Part shown: positions 60,793 through 64,000 of the stretch, one piece after another
Numbering within the stretch: the first letter of the stretch is position 1
Layout: each line of letters begins with the position of its first letter
DNA from: Tubulanus polymorphus
Lineage: Eukaryota; Animalia; Nemertea
NCBI RefSeq assembly: GCF_964204645.1
Contig: NC_134026.1
Span: 28,616,150 to 28,680,149 of the forward strand
Direction of reading: 5' to 3'
Length of the DNA stretch: 64,000 bases
Program-made: the position numbers and the translations under genes
Notes under the pieces: model-generated
The model's database searches: none
Seen by the model: only the letters and a program-made list of their open reading frames with translations
What the model was told of the DNA's origin: nothing

Positions 60793-63700
60793 GTAGGTTA
60801 AGTTTTTGCGTAAACACACCTGGAATTTTCAGACTTTCGGCAGAGATGGTTTTGGTAAATATCTGCAGGCTCGATCGTTTCCGAGCGATACCCACGTATG
60901 CTGGGGAAAGCTATTGCCGACTGAGCGAAACTGTAGGCATCAGTTCAATGGCAGATTACCTGCCAAGAGTCAGTCATTGAAATCCTACTTTATCCCTAAT
61001 GCTGATTTATCGTAAATTAATGAATTCTGTCTGCTTTCATCACTCAAGGCTACTTGAATTAATCTAGCTGTTTTTCCATAGGGAGAGGCATTCTCACCAC
61101 TTCGGTGCTATCCTCGTAGGTTTAGTTCAATCAGAGATTCAGTTTTAGTTTGATTAGGTCAGATACATTCTATTCTGATGATGAATCAGAATTCTATAGC
61201 GGACGATTCAGTTTGATGGTTAGCTTTTAGTCTTGTTAAATGTGATATTCTATTTGACTTATGCATTGTGATCAATCAGTGGTTTAATGTTGCAGAACTG
61301 ATAGTAAATTGAAGGTTTATTTGGACTGCGGTCTCGGTGTGGACTGTATCAATCAGTTGTCATGATTTTTCACATAAATTTGTTATGTTTTACCTGTAAT
61401 TTGCTAATGGTGTACGCATTAGGTAAATGGTGGATTATGGGTGTATTAATGGCCGCGTTTATGATTGATATTTATCATTTGGAAGCATGAAAAATGAGTC
61501 CCGTGATAGCACTTCGGTAGATCAGCCTAAAACCCATCCATGATCTGTTTCCATTAAACATTTATAAACAATTTTATCCGCTAGCTAAACCATGCAAAAC
61601 AGGAGGAAATATGATCCATTTATGTGTTGCGTGACATCAGATCTGTTCCTTAGCACTTAAAGCATTACAGGTTTTAGAAAAAACTTCCTCTACTAAAAGA
61701 GAATTGGCTGTTTTTCTGGCTTTGGCGCCTTATGAATAAACACTCTGGTGTTTCTATCAAATTTCACATGTTTCTTTCCCACATCACTATTATGTATCTT
61801 ATTATTTAACGGACATTCCGGCTTTTCATTTGATTTTACCACCTCGCTGATTCATGGTATCTTGATACTTTTCCCGCGTCTGTTCTTTATGCTACATGCT
61901 ACGATTGTCATTTATAGTCATGAAGAGAGTAAATTAATTACATTATCTCTCGGCTAATTCATGAAGCACACAAATGTTTATTGCTTAGTTATTCATTCTT
62001 TGATGCTACTGATCAAATCTTACTCGCTAGATTTGCATATGTCTTTTTAAATTAAACATTATTAAGCCAAACATCCATCTCTCCATCCGTCTGTAGTCGC
62101 TGTGTATACATATGCATATCCTTTGGGAAAGTTGAGATAATGTGGGGCTTTGGTCGCCAGCCCTGAGGGTTATTCCATTAAGGTATATCGGTAGTGTTAT
62201 AACTGAGGTTTTCTCTTTGCTCCGTGTTGTAAGAATATCAGTCATCGGATCAATTCAATTTCTTAAAGTTCGGTATAATTTAACTAGCATCATTTGGCTT
62301 TTAGCATCTTACACTGTTGATAGAACTTCCCGGAGACTTGATTTGATGTCTCTCGCGACTAAGCCTAGGCTCGTCCTTTTGAACTTTGCGTTCACATAAA
62401 ACATGATGTTGCTGAAGACGTCTGAATCTTTGAAGTACGTGTAAGTGTGATTACATCTGCTAGTTCATGATCTTAGTGACTATCTGGGGGATGAAAACCT
62501 TTCCTGTCGGATTAAACCGCGTCGTTAGATATGACGATAAAAATCCGCGCCAGTTATCTTCGCCGATGTAAAAAATTCATATCAACGTTTAACATTATGG
62601 ACAAACAGCGAAGATAGATTATAAGATAGCGTTTCGAGATGAGTTCGCTGTGGATAGTTAAGGCTTTACCTCCCGGGGGCCAGTTCCAGTCTTAGTAAGT
62701 TAGGGTTATGTAATTCTGAGTTAAAATCAGTTCATTTTCGCTATTTCAACTCTTGAGTCGAATTAAACTCACAACTGTTGAACTGGATCCTGCATTCTAA
62801 CAAACCCTAATCATATAATCTCGTGAACTTACCAATACATCCTTGGCAAATACCACCAAAAATGAGTTGACTTTTGTTGATAGTTGTATATATTTCAAAT
62901 ACTGCTATTTGTCTGTTCTCACTGTCGATTAGAAAAACAATCGACGATAGACCTATCAAATCAATAATTCAACATTGTCATGGGGAAAGCACTTAAACTA
63001 TTGTACTTTCATATGAATCGAAGCTAGCGTAGGCACACACATCAGATAAATTGAATGACAGGTATCTGCTCGGAAATAAATTGCAGAATATTTCTCATTT
63101 CCTGGCCATGAAATTTTAATGAATCGATCCAGCAATCTAAATAGAATCTCTTCATATAGCCGACCGTCGACGCAGTATTCTGGCTTCATATATCAAAGTT
63201 CATTACGGAATATGTCTTTACGACTTTACCTTCGCTGTGGCAGAAACCTCCCTGGGCCGTCCTTACGCGTTTGATGTATGATTTTCGTTGTTTTAAGGCG
63301 TCCCGAAATTATCTTAGAACATTGTCTGAAAAAATGAAAACGATGACATTTATGTTTCCCGACGCGGCACTAAAATACAAACATTTATGATGGAGATGTA
63401 GAAAAGATTTCACGCGTATTCAGTAGTATTGAACTGTACGACTGGGTATAATTCAGCAGATGTAAGTGATACGCTAGGAAATAATTTCTTTCACCGCTCG
63501 TGGTTGAATGGACATGATTATTGAATTATCGATGTCCAATAATCGGCGCGGGTTACTTCTTACTACATCATGAATAGATCTGCCTTCGATGAAATAAAGA
63601 AAAGGAGAAATATCAGGCATTCGTTGAACCTTTTGCGTTTCAATAAAGATGAATTCAAATGATAGTTTAGACGTTTTTTTCTCAGGCTTTCAGAGATGTG

Positions 63701-64000
63701 AGTTTTCTGTTCTTTGATGGAAATCCTTTTTTTATCATACTTAATCCCGGCTCAGTTGGCAACTGCTCTGCTACATATTTTTGTCATTTTTTTTTTTCAA
63801 ATGGAAAATGGTGCCAGAAATTGCTACCTATTGGCTTATACATTTCAAAAGCCCTCCCCAAGAGAAAAGTTTGATGATTTCTGTCTTGGGGTAGTTGTCT
63901 CTCACATCTCTGTGTATTATAAAAGCTACATTAAGTTATAGATTAGAAACAACACTCGAATATGAAATAAACTGCAATATTGAACATGTGTTATCAACTC

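Overview
Eukaryotic (metazoan, probably invertebrate) genomic DNA: AT-rich, with spliceosomal GT-AG introns that are mostly about 80-150 bp. From left to right: (1) a 1362-bp non-autonomous foldback transposon (835-2196) with a 6-bp TSD and TAT..ATA termini, whose arms are 144-bp higher-order arrays of palindromic E2F-like motifs; (2) a stand-alone sulfotransferase-like gene; (3) an unexplained ~400-nt highly structured GC-rich segment; (4) NRBF2 (+), RNF103 (-), SHOC1 (+), DHCR24 (-) and UHRF1 (+), with RNF103/SHOC1 and DHCR24/UHRF1 head-to-head; (5) two uncharacterised genes, one with repeated RLxxPT motifs and one two-TM protein with a Gln-rich tail; (6) from ~38.3 kb to the end, a long AT-rich region that looks like the 5' part of a large + strand gene, with a chain of in-frame microexons, several candidate alternative first exons, MITE remnants and tRNA-derived elements. 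Exon boundaries were inferred by eye. Gene identities come from recalled similarity to human orthologues; no searches were run. No CRISPR array or rRNA gene is supported.
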